A DNA stretch of 64,000 bases, from positions 134,433 to 198,432 of the forward strand of contig NIVC01002157.1 in the NCBI GenBank assembly GCA_002269645.1. Reading direction: 5' to 3'. Shown piece by piece: positions 9,154-21,872 of this stretch. The notes below the pieces were generated by a model that was not told where the DNA came from, made no database searches, and was given only the letters and a program-made list of their open reading frames with translations. This stretch comes from Macrostomum lignano. Lineage: Eukaryota. The position numbers and the translations under genes were made by a program. Numbering within the stretch: position 1 is the first letter of the stretch; the number at the start of each line of letters is the position of its first letter.

Positions 9154-10124
9154 TGTTGTATCCCCCTTCCTCGCTGGCACGGCCGGGTTGGGCGACGGGT
9201 AGCGGTGTCGGGGTTCGGGTACTAGACTGCCCAGGGCTTACGAGCTCGATCGGCGACCCCGAGGCGTACGGACACTTCGGGGGGAGGTCAAGGTTGAGAA
9301 GTCGAGAGAGAGGGGAGGGGCGGCTGTGGGCGGGCGGCCACTCGACAGCCTGGTGAGTCAAGGAAGAGAGAGAGGGCTGCGGGCGGTCGGCCACTCGACA
9401 GCCTGGTGAGTCAAGGAAAAGAGAGAGGGCTGTGGGCGGGCGGCCACTCGACAGCCTGGTGAGTCAAGGAAGAGAGAGAGGGCTGCGGGCGGTCGGCCAC
9501 TCGACAGCCTGGTGAGTCAGACTGAGGAGAGAGTGAGAGAGAGAGAGATCAGGAGAGCGACCCCGAGGAACACAGGCAATTGTCTCGACAGCTTACCGGG
9601 CCGGGTCGATTTAGCACTCATACACGGGAAGGCCGATCGATTGCAATAAATTGAGTCTTCGCAGTAAGAGACCGTCTCTACGGTTGATCGCTGGTCACGT
9701 TCGTTTTTTATCGCGGTGGGCGCAAATGGGCGCAGGCACGGTGAGAAAAGGGGCGGGGTCTGAGCGTCGCCTTAAATAACGAGTAAAAAGGGGCAGGGGC
9801 ACAAACAAGGGGGGGGAGAAAGGGCTTAAACAATGGAGCTGATTGACAGCTGATTGGCTGCGGCGAGGGGAGGGTGGAAGCGCGCACGGCCAGGGAGAGG
9901 GAGAGAGAGCAGAGGCCCAGCCAATCAGCACGGCTAGCCAAAGGGCTAAACAGCCAAGGCGAGAGAGAGAGAGAAAGAGAGCAGAGGCTCAGCCAAAGGG
10001 CTCATAGCTCCAGACTGGCTTGAGCCGGGGGGGGGGGGGGGGGGGTAACAATAATCAACTACCAAAGTCAACAACTATCAAAGTGCACTTGCACCAAGGG
10101 AGCACTGTGACACAGGTCACAACA
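9154..10124 (-). repeat. 5' LTR (971 bp)
   Basis: TG...CA termini; followed on the minus strand by the PBS and gag. Confidence 0.96.
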
Positions 10125-10181
10125 CAATCTCTAAGCATGTATTTCAATCCTATATTTTACAGACTATTGATTGAGTAACAA

Positions 10182-10225
10182 TCTTTACCTATAAAAATCA
10201 AAACTCTGTCTGTCTGTCTGTGGAC
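10182..10225 (+). mobile_element. Possible Helitron-derived (Lep1/DINE-like) 5'-end remnant; related copy at ~14600-14745 (minus) and in the duplicate
   Basis: A|TC...CCTATAAAAAT(C/G)AAAACTCTGTCTGTCTG at two independent sites; the family resemblance is from memory only. Confidence 0.35.
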
Positions 10226-11228
10226 AAATTACTTTGTTTATGTAGTAGCGGTACCTTATTTCTAGGAATTATTGTTTTTGAACTAACGCGAAAATTAATA
10301 TTCTTTTGTTATAATACGCAAAATATTCTCAAGTTATAAGAGTTTGTTTTAAATATACGCGATTGATTGGTATAAATAGGAGAGAGCCGAAGGGATGGAA
10401 GAATAACTCGTTCGTTAGCTATAAGCTCAAAATGTGTTCGATAAACATTCTCAGATCTTTGCTCATTTTAAAAAGGTATTGAAAGTCAGAATTGGGAATT
10501 CATGCAGAGAGAGTACTAAGAATAATCGCTGTGACCCTCTAATCTTGGTAACGCCCAGACTGGAGAGAGAAAGTACATATACCAGTAAGACCGCTCAGGC
10601 CATATACTAAGAACGCTACCAGACTAATACATAAGACGCTACCAGACTAATACATAAGAACGCTACCAGAAACGCTACTAAAAATGCTACCCAGAAAATA
10701 CATGAGATTCTAAGAAACAGTTAGAAATACTAAAAGCAGAATTTAGTATCAGCAGTATAAATTCGATAGCAGGGAATTTGAAGGCCTGTCCCTGTCACAA
10801 CTTGGTAACAGCGGTGAAATCATTTGTAGGGACAGAAGTTACCCCTGGAACATTTACATATATAACAAAAAAATCAAGTCACAATTTACAGCTTAGAAAA
10901 ATCTTGGGATAACAAAGTGTCTTCAAAAAATGGTCACTTTGTCATCTAGATTTCTAACCATTTTTGGTATGACAAAGTGTCCAAAAACCATGGTCACTTC
11001 ATCATCTAGATGATGAACTGGTAGGATGACAGTGTCTAGGAACTATATAGGCCTACCCAAATAAAAATTAAATAATTACAAATTCATGCCAAAAGTCTTT
11101 TATACATATTACAATATATTTAAACAAACATGCATAGGCATAGGCCTAGCCCAAACCTAATTATTAAAATAGGCCTACAATATACACATACTACATAGTC
11201 ACTTTGGTTTTGATGCATCAATTTTTAC

Positions 11229-11417
11229 CTGCTTTTGTTCATCTGTAAGTCCATAAAGCTCATCATTAATTGGAAAGAACTCAGTAGAGTAAAGGCGGGT
11301 AGAGCTTGAATTTAAACTAAAACTGCAGGACTTGCCTAACTTCTGAAGAAATTGTCTTGCACTAGGCCTAGCAGAAGTGCATACTTGGGAATGAAGTACT
11401 GGCCTAATAAATTGCAT
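11229..11417 (-). CDS. IVD: Isovaleryl-CoA dehydrogenase, coding exon 1 (mitochondrial transit peptide)
   Basis: Arg/Ser-rich, acid-poor N-terminus, then FPINDELYGLTDEQKQ|gtaaaa. Phase 0, joins exon 2 to give GLTDEQKQLRQT. Confidence 0.88.
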
Positions 11418-13159
11418 TACTATTATTTAAAGTATTAAATAATTTTACTCGTATTAGAATTAAATAAAGTGTTTCACGAACAAAATGCTGTGATCAAGTG
11501 CCGGCAAACTAATATTGTAAGTTTGTACTTGTAGTAATAATGTTAATATTTTTACACTTAGGTAGAAATACTACGGCGTTCGAAGAATATTTAACATATT
11601 TTAAAATATGGAAACCCAGTGACTAATAACAAATACAAACTGTAAATTAGGGGAAAATCATACTATTCCTTTCTAAAACTAGACCACACAGTTTTTTAAA
11701 AAATTATTCTATGGATGATATACAGGTGAGAAATGTCTAGAAAAAGAATTTTTCAAATAATTGGTGCCCAATATTCGAATTCTGTTATTCACATCTATAT
11801 TTTGACCTTGTTTGATATTTGGACAAATCTATCAAACATAAAAATAGATTTGGACATAATTTAATCTATAATAAGCTAACGCCTCCTAGCTACTATTGTT
11901 TATTGTTGCCCTCTACATGTAGTGCCAGCTTGCAGACTTAAGTTACGGGAAACTACGTCTCTTAAAAAATGTTTACGAGGCTTATTTTCGCCGAAAAAAA
12001 CACTACGTAGATAGGAAGCTATTATTTTTCAGCACAATAATGTTATTGCTTACGATAGGAGTCAGAACCAATGTTAAGGTTGTCTAGCCATCACTAAAAA
12101 TGTAGAAAAAAGAACCACAGAATTTGGCAATCTTTTCGAATCGTTCGTTTAGTTATTTCCGGAATTATTTCGCCCTCTATTCAAGGGTGGTGGGGGTTTG
12201 TAGGAGATCTGAGATTACCTAATTATAAGGCTATTTTGCTCTAGTTAGGCCTATATCTTCCTATATGATAAAAGAGAATATGAAAAATTGATTAGCAATT
12301 AGACCTCTTATCATTCTAGATTTTTTCTTTGATAAAATTTATTCCTAATGACAATTTTTCTTTTAAGGTAGCTCTGTGCCAAATAATTTTTATTGCTTTT
12401 TTTCAAAATTAAAAAATTATTCCTAATGTGATTCCTAATTTTTCATATTTTGTTTAATAGGTAAAATCAGGTAAAAATAATGTTAACATTTTATTTCTAT
12501 GAAACAGATTCAAATACAAGTTTTACCAGTATTTTTGAATTTTGGTTGTTTTGTCCCCAGACATTTCACCCCCAGACCATTTTGCCCAGGCATTTTGGCC
12601 AAAATGGTAATTAATTATGTGATTTATAAATATAGCCATACTATGCATCTCTTTAGCTCACCTAGTAGGCCATTACTAACCTAATACTAAACCTATTAGC
12701 AACCTAACCTAATGTATCTTACAGTGGCATAGCCAGAGTTAGTGGCTTACTTCTACATATTGCTGCATATATAATATTATAAAGGCACATTTGAGCCATT
12801 CATTTTATACTATTATCCACTTACTTATAAAATAGGCTAAATTATCTTAGATACTATTCTTCTATACAACTTCACAATTACAACCAGATTCTTGATCAAC
12901 TTATTTTCAATCTTGATTTTTTATTAAAATTTTTGGTCAATCTTGCTTAAAAAACAAAAATCTAATCTCAGTTGGACTCTATAAGATAATGCAGTATCTA
13001 CATAGGAAAAACTTTTTTCTATTTGTATTTATCTAAGCTGTTAAAACCTAGTGGATTTTGAATACCAGGAATTCCAATCCCTAGAACTGCAAACATTGAT
13101 ATTGTTGGCTGGGATACTACGCAGAATCTCAGGCAGTCTCTCTGACTCTAAAACATGTA

Positions 13160-13661
13160 TTGGCAAACTCTGGTCTCTGCCTTTGACTCTCCTCTTTTTC
13201 CTCTTTCCTCTCTTCCCCTGTTTCTCCTATCTCTTGTCTGTTCACTCTCATCTTTGCTCTCTCATCCCCCTCTTTTTATCTGTCATCTTAACTTCTTTAT
13301 TGTCTTATATTTTCTCTCACCTCTCTCTTCTGTACTCTTTTCTTTCCCCTCTTTTGACTCCTCACTTTCCTTTCTCCTTTCTTCTCTTCTATTCTATCTT
13401 CTATACTCTCTCCCTCTCTTGTCTCCTATCTTCTCTCTCCACTTTTTTCTTTTCTCCTTTATCTCTCATCTCTCCTTAGGCTTACATCTCTCATCTCTAC
13501 AACCCTATCTCTTCTCTCTTCCTTTTACTCTCTCATATCTCCTTCCACCTCTGCTCTCTTCTCCCCTGTCTCCTCTATCCTCTCATCTGCAGCTCTCTGC
13601 TCTCTTCTCTCTCCACTCTCCCCTCTTCTTTCTCCCCTCTTCTCCCCTTCTCTCTTTCCCT

Positions 13662-13723
<62 letters not shown>

Positions 13724-13887
13724 CCTCACCCCTTCATTTATCTTATTTTCTTCTATCTTTTCTCTTATCTTCTCTATCACCTCTCTTTTTGAATCATCTA
13801 TTCCTTCTTCATTCCATTCTCATCTGCCCCTCAGCCATGAGCTAGATTCTTTATTTGGCCTTTGAGGTAAAACTCTACCCATCCCTG
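13160..13887. repeat. CT-rich dispersed element (copy in the duplicate at ~19225-19950)
   Basis: Long pyrimidine tract with (CT)n; its right flank CAGCCATGAGCT...GGCCTTTGAGGTAAAA is shared with 40775-40830. Left boundary approximate. Confidence 0.55.
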
Positions 13888-14760
13888 CTTGGAAAACCAG
13901 TTTGTGGGATGTAGTACTCTCATGGTTGTTCTCATGCTTTGATCACGTTATCTTTCTTACCAATTTGCAGCCTTGAAAAGAAATTATGTATCTTCAGCTC
14001 CATTGCAATCTGCATCAGTCTAACAACCAAGGAAACACACATTTCTTAGAAGGCTATTTAAATTTTAAATTACCTTTAAGAGAAACTTAGAATTTCTATA
14101 GTATGACTAATTTAGTAGGGTTGTATTGCATTGCGTTGCCTTTTTATAAATCTTTCGCTTTTACAAACCATGCTGGATTGCCTTGATTTGCCAATTGCTA
14201 TCCACTGTTAAACTGCTGCAGAGTTTGCCTATATAGAGGGCAGTGATTATAATTTCTCACTAAACTATTATGGCTAAACCAAAATGTAGCCTCTCTATTG
14301 GGGTGCAAAGAAGGCTATAAATAAAGCTATTCCAAAACATTGTATATTTGCTATGTATATTCAGCCCTATTGCCTGACCCTTTGTCTGGCTCAAGGTGCA
14401 TAGTGCCATTTAGGATTAAATTTGAGACTCAAAATATTACAGGATTTTGTCAATATAGTTGACAATAATTGTCTATGTCAAATTTGAAAAGAATCAGTAG
14501 AAGTAAAGTAGTGCTATGGAGGATTTAGTGAAAAAATGCATTTCTTTAACAGTTTTTTTTTGCTTTTTAGGTAGAAAGACTTGGATTAAGGAAATTTTAA
14601 GGTAGCCTAAGTTATTCGCCAAAGTGAGTTTAGGGTGGGTGCAAAATTTGGTATAGTTTGGTTGAGCAATTTGGGAGTCCATAGCAATAAAAATTGTATA
14701 TACATAGACACACAGACAGACAGAGTTTTCATTTTTATAGGTAGATATAGCTTATCCATA

Positions 14761-14886
14761 GTGGCATAGCCAGGGTGGGGGCCATGCCCCCCCCCCTTTC
14801 TAAGCACCAAAAGTGGCAATGGCATATGGCATGGCCAGCCAAGCCAACCTGCCCCCCTCCCCAATTGAAATTCCTGGCTATGCCAC
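14761..14886. mobile_element. 126-bp MITE with 14-bp TIRs (GTGGCATAGCCAGG), flanked by TA
   Basis: Perfect terminal inverted repeats at 14761-14774 and 14873-14886. Confidence 0.8.
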
Positions 14887-14935
14887 TACTTATCTATATA
14901 CTAAAAATTGAATCGACCGTTCTGTTGAATCGACT

Positions 14936-16190
14936 GTTCAGATTATCGACCGCAGCGTACGCCGTAGCGAGATCCAGCATGCTCATCAAGTGCTCGCGAC
15001 GATGCTCCTCGTCAATCTCGGCGGAGTCGCAATAAGCGTTGAAAGAGCGCAGCCAGAGTCGAAAATTCATGCTTGACGTGTACTTCACGGGCTTCGGGAG
15101 TCTCGGTGGCTGGGCTGGTCCATCCGCTCGCAGACGCTCGGCTAGCAGCCGAATCAGTTCGTCCACATTCGCCATGACAGCTCACAAGCAAACTGAGCAG
15201 TCCCTGTTCGGGCGCCAATGTTGTATCCCCCTTCCTCGCTGGCACGGCCGGGTTGGGCGACGGGTAGCGGTGTCGGGGTTCGGGTACTAGACTGCCCAGG
15301 GCTTACGAGCTCGATCGGCGACCCCGAGGCGTACGGACACTTCGGGGGGAGGTCAAGGTTGAGAAGTCGAGAGAGAGGGGAGGGGCGGCTGTGGGCGGGC
15401 GGCCACTCGACAGCCTGGTGAGTCAAGGAAGAGAGAGAGGGCTGCGGGCGGTCGGCCACTCGACAGCCTGGTGAGTCAAGGAAAAGAGAGAGGGCTGTGG
15501 GCGGGCGGCCACTCGACAGCCTGGTGAGTCAAGGAAGAGAGAGAGGGCTGCGGGCGGTCGGCCACTCGACAGCCTGGTGAGTCAGACTGAGGAGAGAGTG
15601 AGAGAGAGAGAGATCAGGAGAGCGACCCCGAGGAACACAGGCAATTGTCTCGACAGCTTACCGGGCCGGGTCGATTTTAGCACTCATACACGGGAAGGCC
15701 GATCGATTGCAATAAATTGAGTCTTCGCAGTAAGAGACCGTCTCTACGGTTGATCGCTGGTCACGTTCGTTTTTTTATCGCGGTGGGCGCAAATGGGCGC
15801 AGGCACGGTGAGAAAAGGGGCGGGGTCTGAGCGTCGCCTTAAATAACGAGTAAAAAAGGGGCAGGGGCACAAACAAGGGGGGGGGAGAAAGGGCTTAAAC
15901 AATGGAGCTGATTGACAGCTGATTGGCTGCGGCGAGGGGAGGGTGGAAGCGCGCACGGCCAGGGAGAGGGAGAGAGAGCAGAGGCCCAGCCAATCAGCAC
16001 GGCTAGCCAAAGGGCTAAACAGCCAAGGCGAGAGAGAGAGAGAAAGAGAGCAGAGGCTCAGCCAAAGGGCTCATAGCTCCAGACTGGCTTGAGCCGGGGG
16101 GGGGGGGGGGGTAACAATAATCAACTACCAAAGTCAACAACTATCAAAGTGCACTTGCACCAGGGGAGCACTGTGACACAGGTCACAACA
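14936..16190 (-). mobile_element. Truncated Gypsy copy: LTR (15219-16190), PBS (15200-15217) and the first ~80 codons of gag
   Basis: Identical to 8871-10124; gag breaks after AVDNLN at the duplication junction. Confidence 0.93.
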
Positions 16191-17294
16191 CAATCTCTAA
16201 GCATGTATTTCAATCCTATATTTTACAGACTATTGATTGAGTAACAATCTTTACCTATAAAAATCAAAACTCTGTCTGTCTGTCTGTGGACAAATTACTT
16301 TGTTTATGTAGTAGCGGTACCTTATTTCTAGGAATTATTGTTTTTGAACTAACGCGAAAATTAATATTCTTTTGTTATAATACGCAAAATATTCTCAAGT
16401 TATAAGAGTTTGTTTTAAATATACGCGATTGATTGGTATAAATAGGAGAGAGCCGAAGGGATGGAAGAATAACTCGTTCGTTAGCTATAAGCTCAAAACG
16501 TGTTCGATAAACATTCTCAGATCTTTGCTCATTTTAAAAAGGTATTGAAAGTCAGAATTGGGAATTCATGCAGAGAGAGTACTAAGAATAATCGCTGTGA
16601 CCCTCTAATCTTGGTAACGCCCAGACTGGAGAGAGAAAGTACATATACCAGTAAGACCGCTCAGGCCATATACTAAGAACGCTACCAGACTAATACATAA
16701 GACGCTACCAGACTAATACATAAGAACGCTACCAGAAACGCTACTAAAAATGCTACCCAGAAAATACATGAGATTCTAAGAAACAGTTAGAAATACTAAA
16801 AGCAGAATTTAGTATCAGCAGTATAAATTCGATAGCAGGGAATTTGAAGGCCTGTCCCTGTCACAACTTGGTAACAGCGGTGAAATCATTTGTAGGGACA
16901 GAAGTTACCCCTGGAACATTTACATATATAACAAAAAAATCAAGTCACAATTTACAGCTTAGAAAAATCTTGGGATAACAAAGTGTCTTCAAAAAATGGT
17001 CACTTTGTCATCTAGATTTCTAACCATTTTTGGTATGACAAAGTGTCCAAAAACCATGGTCACTTCATCATCTAGATGATGAACTGGTAGGATGACAGTG
17101 TCTAGGAACTATATAGGCCTACCCAAATAAAAATTAAATAATTACAAATTCATGCCAAAAGTCTTTTATACATATTACAATATATTTAAACAAACATGCA
17201 TAGGCATAGGCCTAGCCCAAACCTAATTATTAAAATAGGCCTACAATATACACATACTACATAGTCACTTTGGTTTTGATGCATCAATTTTTAC

Positions 17295-17483
17295 CTGCTT
17301 TTGTTCATCTGTAAGTCCATAAAGCTCATCATTAATTGGAAAGAACTCAGTAGAGTAAAGGCGGGTAGAGCTTGAATTTAAACTAAAACTGCAGGACTTG
17401 CCTAACTTCTGAAGAAATTGTCTTGCACTAGGCCTAGCAGAAGTGCATACTTGGGAATGAAGTACTGGCCTAATAAATTGCAT
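17295..17483 (-). CDS. IVD: Duplicated IVD coding exon 1
   Basis: Translation identical to 11229-11417, with the donor intact. Confidence 0.8.
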
Positions 17484-19727
17484 TACTATTATTTAAAGTA
17501 TTAAATAATTTTACTCGTATTAGAATTAAATAAAGTGTTTCACGAACAAAATGCTGTGATCAAGTGCCGGCAAACTAATATTGTAAGTTTGTACTTGTAG
17601 TAATAATGTTAATATTTTTACACTTAGGTAGAAATACTACGGCGTTCGAAGAATATTTAACATATTTTAAAATATGGAAACCCAGTGACTAATAACAAAT
17701 ACAAACTGTAAATTAGGGGAAAATCATACTATTCCTTTCTAAAACTAGACCACACAGTTTTTTAAAAAATTATTCTATGGATGATATACAGGTGAGAAAT
17801 GTCTAGAAAAAGAATTTTTCAAATAATTGGTGCCCAATATTCGAATTCTGTTATTCACATCTATATTTTGACCTTGTTTGATATTTGGACAAATCTATCA
17901 AACATAAAAATAGATTTGGACATAATTTAATCTATAATAAGCTAACGCCTCCTAGCTACTATTGTTTATTGTTGCCCTCTACATGTAGTGCCAGCTTGCA
18001 GACTTAAGTTACGGGAAACTACGTCTCTTAAAAAATGTTTACGAGGCTTATTTTCGCCGAAAAAAACACTACGTAGATAGGAAGCTATTATTTTTCAGCA
18101 CAATAATGTTATTGCTTACGATAGGAGTCAGAACCAATGTTAAGGTTGTCTAGCCATCACTAAAAATGTAGAAAAAAGAACCACAGAATTTGGCAATCTT
18201 TTCGAATCGTTCGTTTAGTTATTTCCGGAATTATTTCGCCCTCTATTCAAGGGTGGTGGGGGTTTGTAGGAGATCTGAGATTACCTAATTATAAGGCTAT
18301 TTTGCTCTAGTTAGGCCTATATCTTCCTATATGATAAAAGAGAATATGAAAAATTGATTAGCAATTAGACCTCTTATCATTCTAGATTTTTTCTTTGATA
18401 AAATTTATTCCTAATGACAATTTTTCTTTTAAGGTAGCTCTGTGCCAAATAATTTTTATTGCTTTTTTTCAAAATTAAAAAATTATTCCTAATGTGATTC
18501 CTAATTTTTCATATTTTGTTTAATAGGTAAAATCAGGTAAAAATAATGTTAACATTTTATTTCTATGAAACAGATTCAAATACAAGTTTTACCAGTATTT
18601 TTGAATTTTGGTTGTTTTGTCCCCAGACATTTCACCCCCAGACCATTTTGCCCAGGCATTTTGGCCAAAATGGTAATTAATTATGTGATTTATAAATATA
18701 GCCATACTATGCATCTCTTTAGCTCACCTAGTAGGCCATTACTAACCTAATACTAAACCTATTAGCAACCTAACCTAATGTATCTTACAGTGGCATAGCC
18801 AGAGTTAGTGGCTTACTTCTACATATTGCTGCATATATAATATTATAAAGGCACATTTGAGCCATTCATTTTATACTATTATCCACTTACTTATAAAATA
18901 GGCTAAATTATCTTAGATACTATTCTTCTATACAACTTCACAATTACAACCAGATTCTTGATCAACTTATTTTCAATCTTGATTTTTTATTAAAATTTTT
19001 GGTCAATCTTGCTTAAAAAACAAAAATCTAATCTCAGTTGGACTCTATAAGATAATGCAGTATCTACATAGGAAAAACTTTTTTCTATTTGTATTTATCT
19101 AAGCTGTTAAAACCTAGTGGATTTTGAATACCAGGAATTCCAATCCCTAGAACTGCAAACATTGATATTGTTGGCTGGGATACTACGCAGAATCTCAGGC
19201 AGTCTCTCTGACTCTAAAACATGTATTGGCAAACTCTGGTCTCTGCCTTTGACTCTCCTCTTTTTCCTCTTTCCTCTCTTCCCCTGTTTCTCCTATCTCT
19301 TGTCTGTTCACTCTCATCTTTGCTCTCTCATCCCCCTCTTTTTATCTGTCATCTTAACTTCTTTATTGTCTTATATTTTCTCTCACCTCTCTCTTCTGTA
19401 CTCTTTTCTTTCCCCTCTTTTGACTCCTCACTTTCCTTTCTCCTTTCTTCTCTTCTCTTCTATCTTCTATACTCTCTCCCTCTCTTGTCTCCTATCTTCT
19501 CTCTCCACTTTTTTCTTTTCTCCTTTATCTCTCATCTCTCCTTAGGCTTACATCTCTCATCTCTACAACCCTATCTCTTCTCTCTTCCTTTTACTCTCTC
19601 ATATCTCCTTCCACCTCTGCTCTCTTCTCCCCTGTCTCCTCTATCCTCTCATCTGCAGCTCTCTGCTCTCTTCTCTCTCCACTCTCCCCTCTTCTTTCTC
19701 CCCTCTTCTCCCCTTCTCTCTTTCCCT

Positions 19728-19787
<60 letters not shown>

Positions 19788-20824
19788 CCTCACCCCTTCA
19801 TTTATCTTATTTTCTTCTATCTTTTCTCTTATCTTCTCTATCACCTCTCTTTTTGAATCATCTATTCCTTCTTCATTCCATTCTCATCTGCCCCTCAGCC
19901 ATGAGCTAGATTCTTTATTTGGCCTTTGAGGTAAAACTCTACCCATCCCTGCTTGGAAAACCAGTTTGTGGGATGTAGTACTCTCATGGTTGTTCTCATG
20001 CTTTGATCACGTTATCTTTCTTACCAATTTGCAGCCTTGAAAAGAAATTATGTATCTTCAGCTCCATTGCAATCTGCATCAGTCTAACAACCAAGGAAAC
20101 ACACATTTCTTAGAAGGCTATTTAAATTTTAAATTACCTTTAAGAGAAACTTAGAATTTCTATAGTATGACTAATTTAGTAGGGTTGTATTGCATTGCGT
20201 TGCCTTTTTATAAATCTTTCGCTTTTACAAACCATGCTGGATTGCCTTGATTTGCCAATTGCTATCCACTGTTAAACTGCTGCAGAGTTTGCCTATATAG
20301 AGGGCAGTGATTATAATTTCTCACTAAACTATTATGGCTAAACCAAAATGTAGCCTCTCTATTGGGGTGCAAAGAAGGCTATAAATAAAGCTATTCCAAA
20401 ACATTGTATATTTGCTATGTATATTCAGCCCTATTGCCTGACCCTTTGTCTGGCTCAAGGTGCATAGTGCCATTTAGGATTAAATTTGAGACTCAAAATA
20501 TTACAGGATTTTGTCAATATAGTTGACAATAATTGTCTATGTCAAATTTGAAAAGAATCAGTAGAAGTAAAGTAGTGCTATGGAGGATTTAGTGAAAAAA
20601 TGCATTTCTTTAACAGTTTTTTTTTGCTTTTTAGGTAGAAAGACTTGGATTAAGGAAATTTTAAGGTAGCCTAAGTTATTCGCCAAAGTGAGTTTAGGGT
20701 GGGTGCAAAATTTGGTATAGTTTGGTTGAGCAATTTGGGAGTCCATAGCAATAAAAATTGTATATACATAGACACACAGACAGACAGAGTTTTCATTTTT
20801 ATAGGTAGATATAGCTTATCCATA

Positions 20825-20949
20825 GTGGCATAGCCAGGGTGGGGGCCGTGCCCCCCCCCTTTCTAAGCACCAAAAGTGGCAATGGCATATGGCATGGCCA
20901 GCCAAGCCAACCTGCCCCCCTCCCCAATTGAAATTCCTGGCTATGCCAC
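20825..20949. mobile_element. Duplicated copy of the TA-flanked MITE
   Basis: Same TIRs as 14761-14886. Confidence 0.8.
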
Positions 20950-21796
20950 TACTTATCTATATACTAAAAATTGAATCTACCAGTATATTCCATGCTTTCT
21001 GCATTGATCACCTAGTATCACATAGCATCACCTAGGCCTAATATAAATTATGCAATAGATATCTTTCTCTCCATGCTTTTAAGTTTCTATACCACATAGG
21101 AAAAAAACTTTCTATAAGTACATATTTTATAGTTTATGTTGTTTATTACTGCCTAAGCTGTCTCAATAATTGCTATTATAGTTGTCTCTTTGTAAAGCCT
21201 AATTGATAGTCAAACAAAAATGGAGAAATTGTTTATCAAAAAGACAAATATATGATTATATAGATTTTATATGTTGATTCTGGTCTATCAAAAGGTATAT
21301 ACATGAATTTTGTAATAAATATTTAGGTAGGTATTTAAAAACAAATGTTTGCATATTAGTTCTTGGTTTTTAAACCAATCAAAATATTCTGAATTAGAGT
21401 TAAATTGAATAGACAGAGAGTCAGTGGGGCATAGTGCCCAAACATAAAATATTTATAAGACAACTGGGGTTGCGTGCACATAATGGAGGGGTGAAATGTG
21501 ACTTAAGAAAGAGGCAAGAATGGAGAGCAGAGCCAATCAAAGGGAGTGAGGAAGAGAAATGAGCTTAAACAAACTTAAACTATACAGAGAGAGAAAACAT
21601 AGATAAGTGAAGATGAACTGAAAAAATGACTAAGAAAGTTGCAACAAATCTTTACACAAAAGATTTTCCTAGACTATGTTTAATTATATTTGTTTGTGTA
21701 TTTCTTGCAGTTATGTCTTATCTAAATTCATTAGTATCTTACTCAGCTAGAGCCTTGGTACTTAATTGGATTATAACTTCATTTCAGCTGGTTGAA

Positions 21797-21872
21797 ATGT
21801 ATTTGTACTTTGAATTCACTGACACTGTGAAAAACCTTCTGTTCAAGGGCTGGAATGCATCAACACCATCAG
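21797..21872 (+). CDS. SLC31A: Ctr/SLC31 copper transporter, exon 1
   Basis: MYLYFEFTDTVKNLLFKGWNASTPS G|gtgaga resembles the Ctr pre-TM1 motif MxFxF...LLFxxW. Confidence 0.8.

Larger units (their letters stand above)
1319..10124 (-). mobile_element. Full-length Ty3/Gypsy LTR retrotransposon (~8.8 kb) with an extra J-domain ORF
   Basis: Two ~970-bp near-identical LTRs with TGTTG...CAACA termini; 4-bp TSD CAAT (1315-1318, 10125-10128); PBS; PPT; gag, then PR-RT-RH-IN order. Confidence 0.97.
8871..14914. repeat. Tandem segmental duplication, copy 1 (~6.04 kb)
   Basis: Recurs almost base for base at an offset of ~6065. Confidence 0.95.
14936..20977. repeat. Tandem segmental duplication, copy 2
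   Basis: Near-identical to 8871-14914; about 4 substitutions seen, plus homopolymer/microsatellite length changes. Confidence 0.95.

Noticed and set aside
13051-13865. Hydrophobic L/S/F-rich ORFs (also 19117-19856, 40434-40824)
   Set aside because: Translations of CT-rich tracts.
12900-14450. Exon-like segments with AG/GT borders on the minus strand upstream of IVD
   Set aside because: I could not build a consistent phase chain or recognise a protein family.
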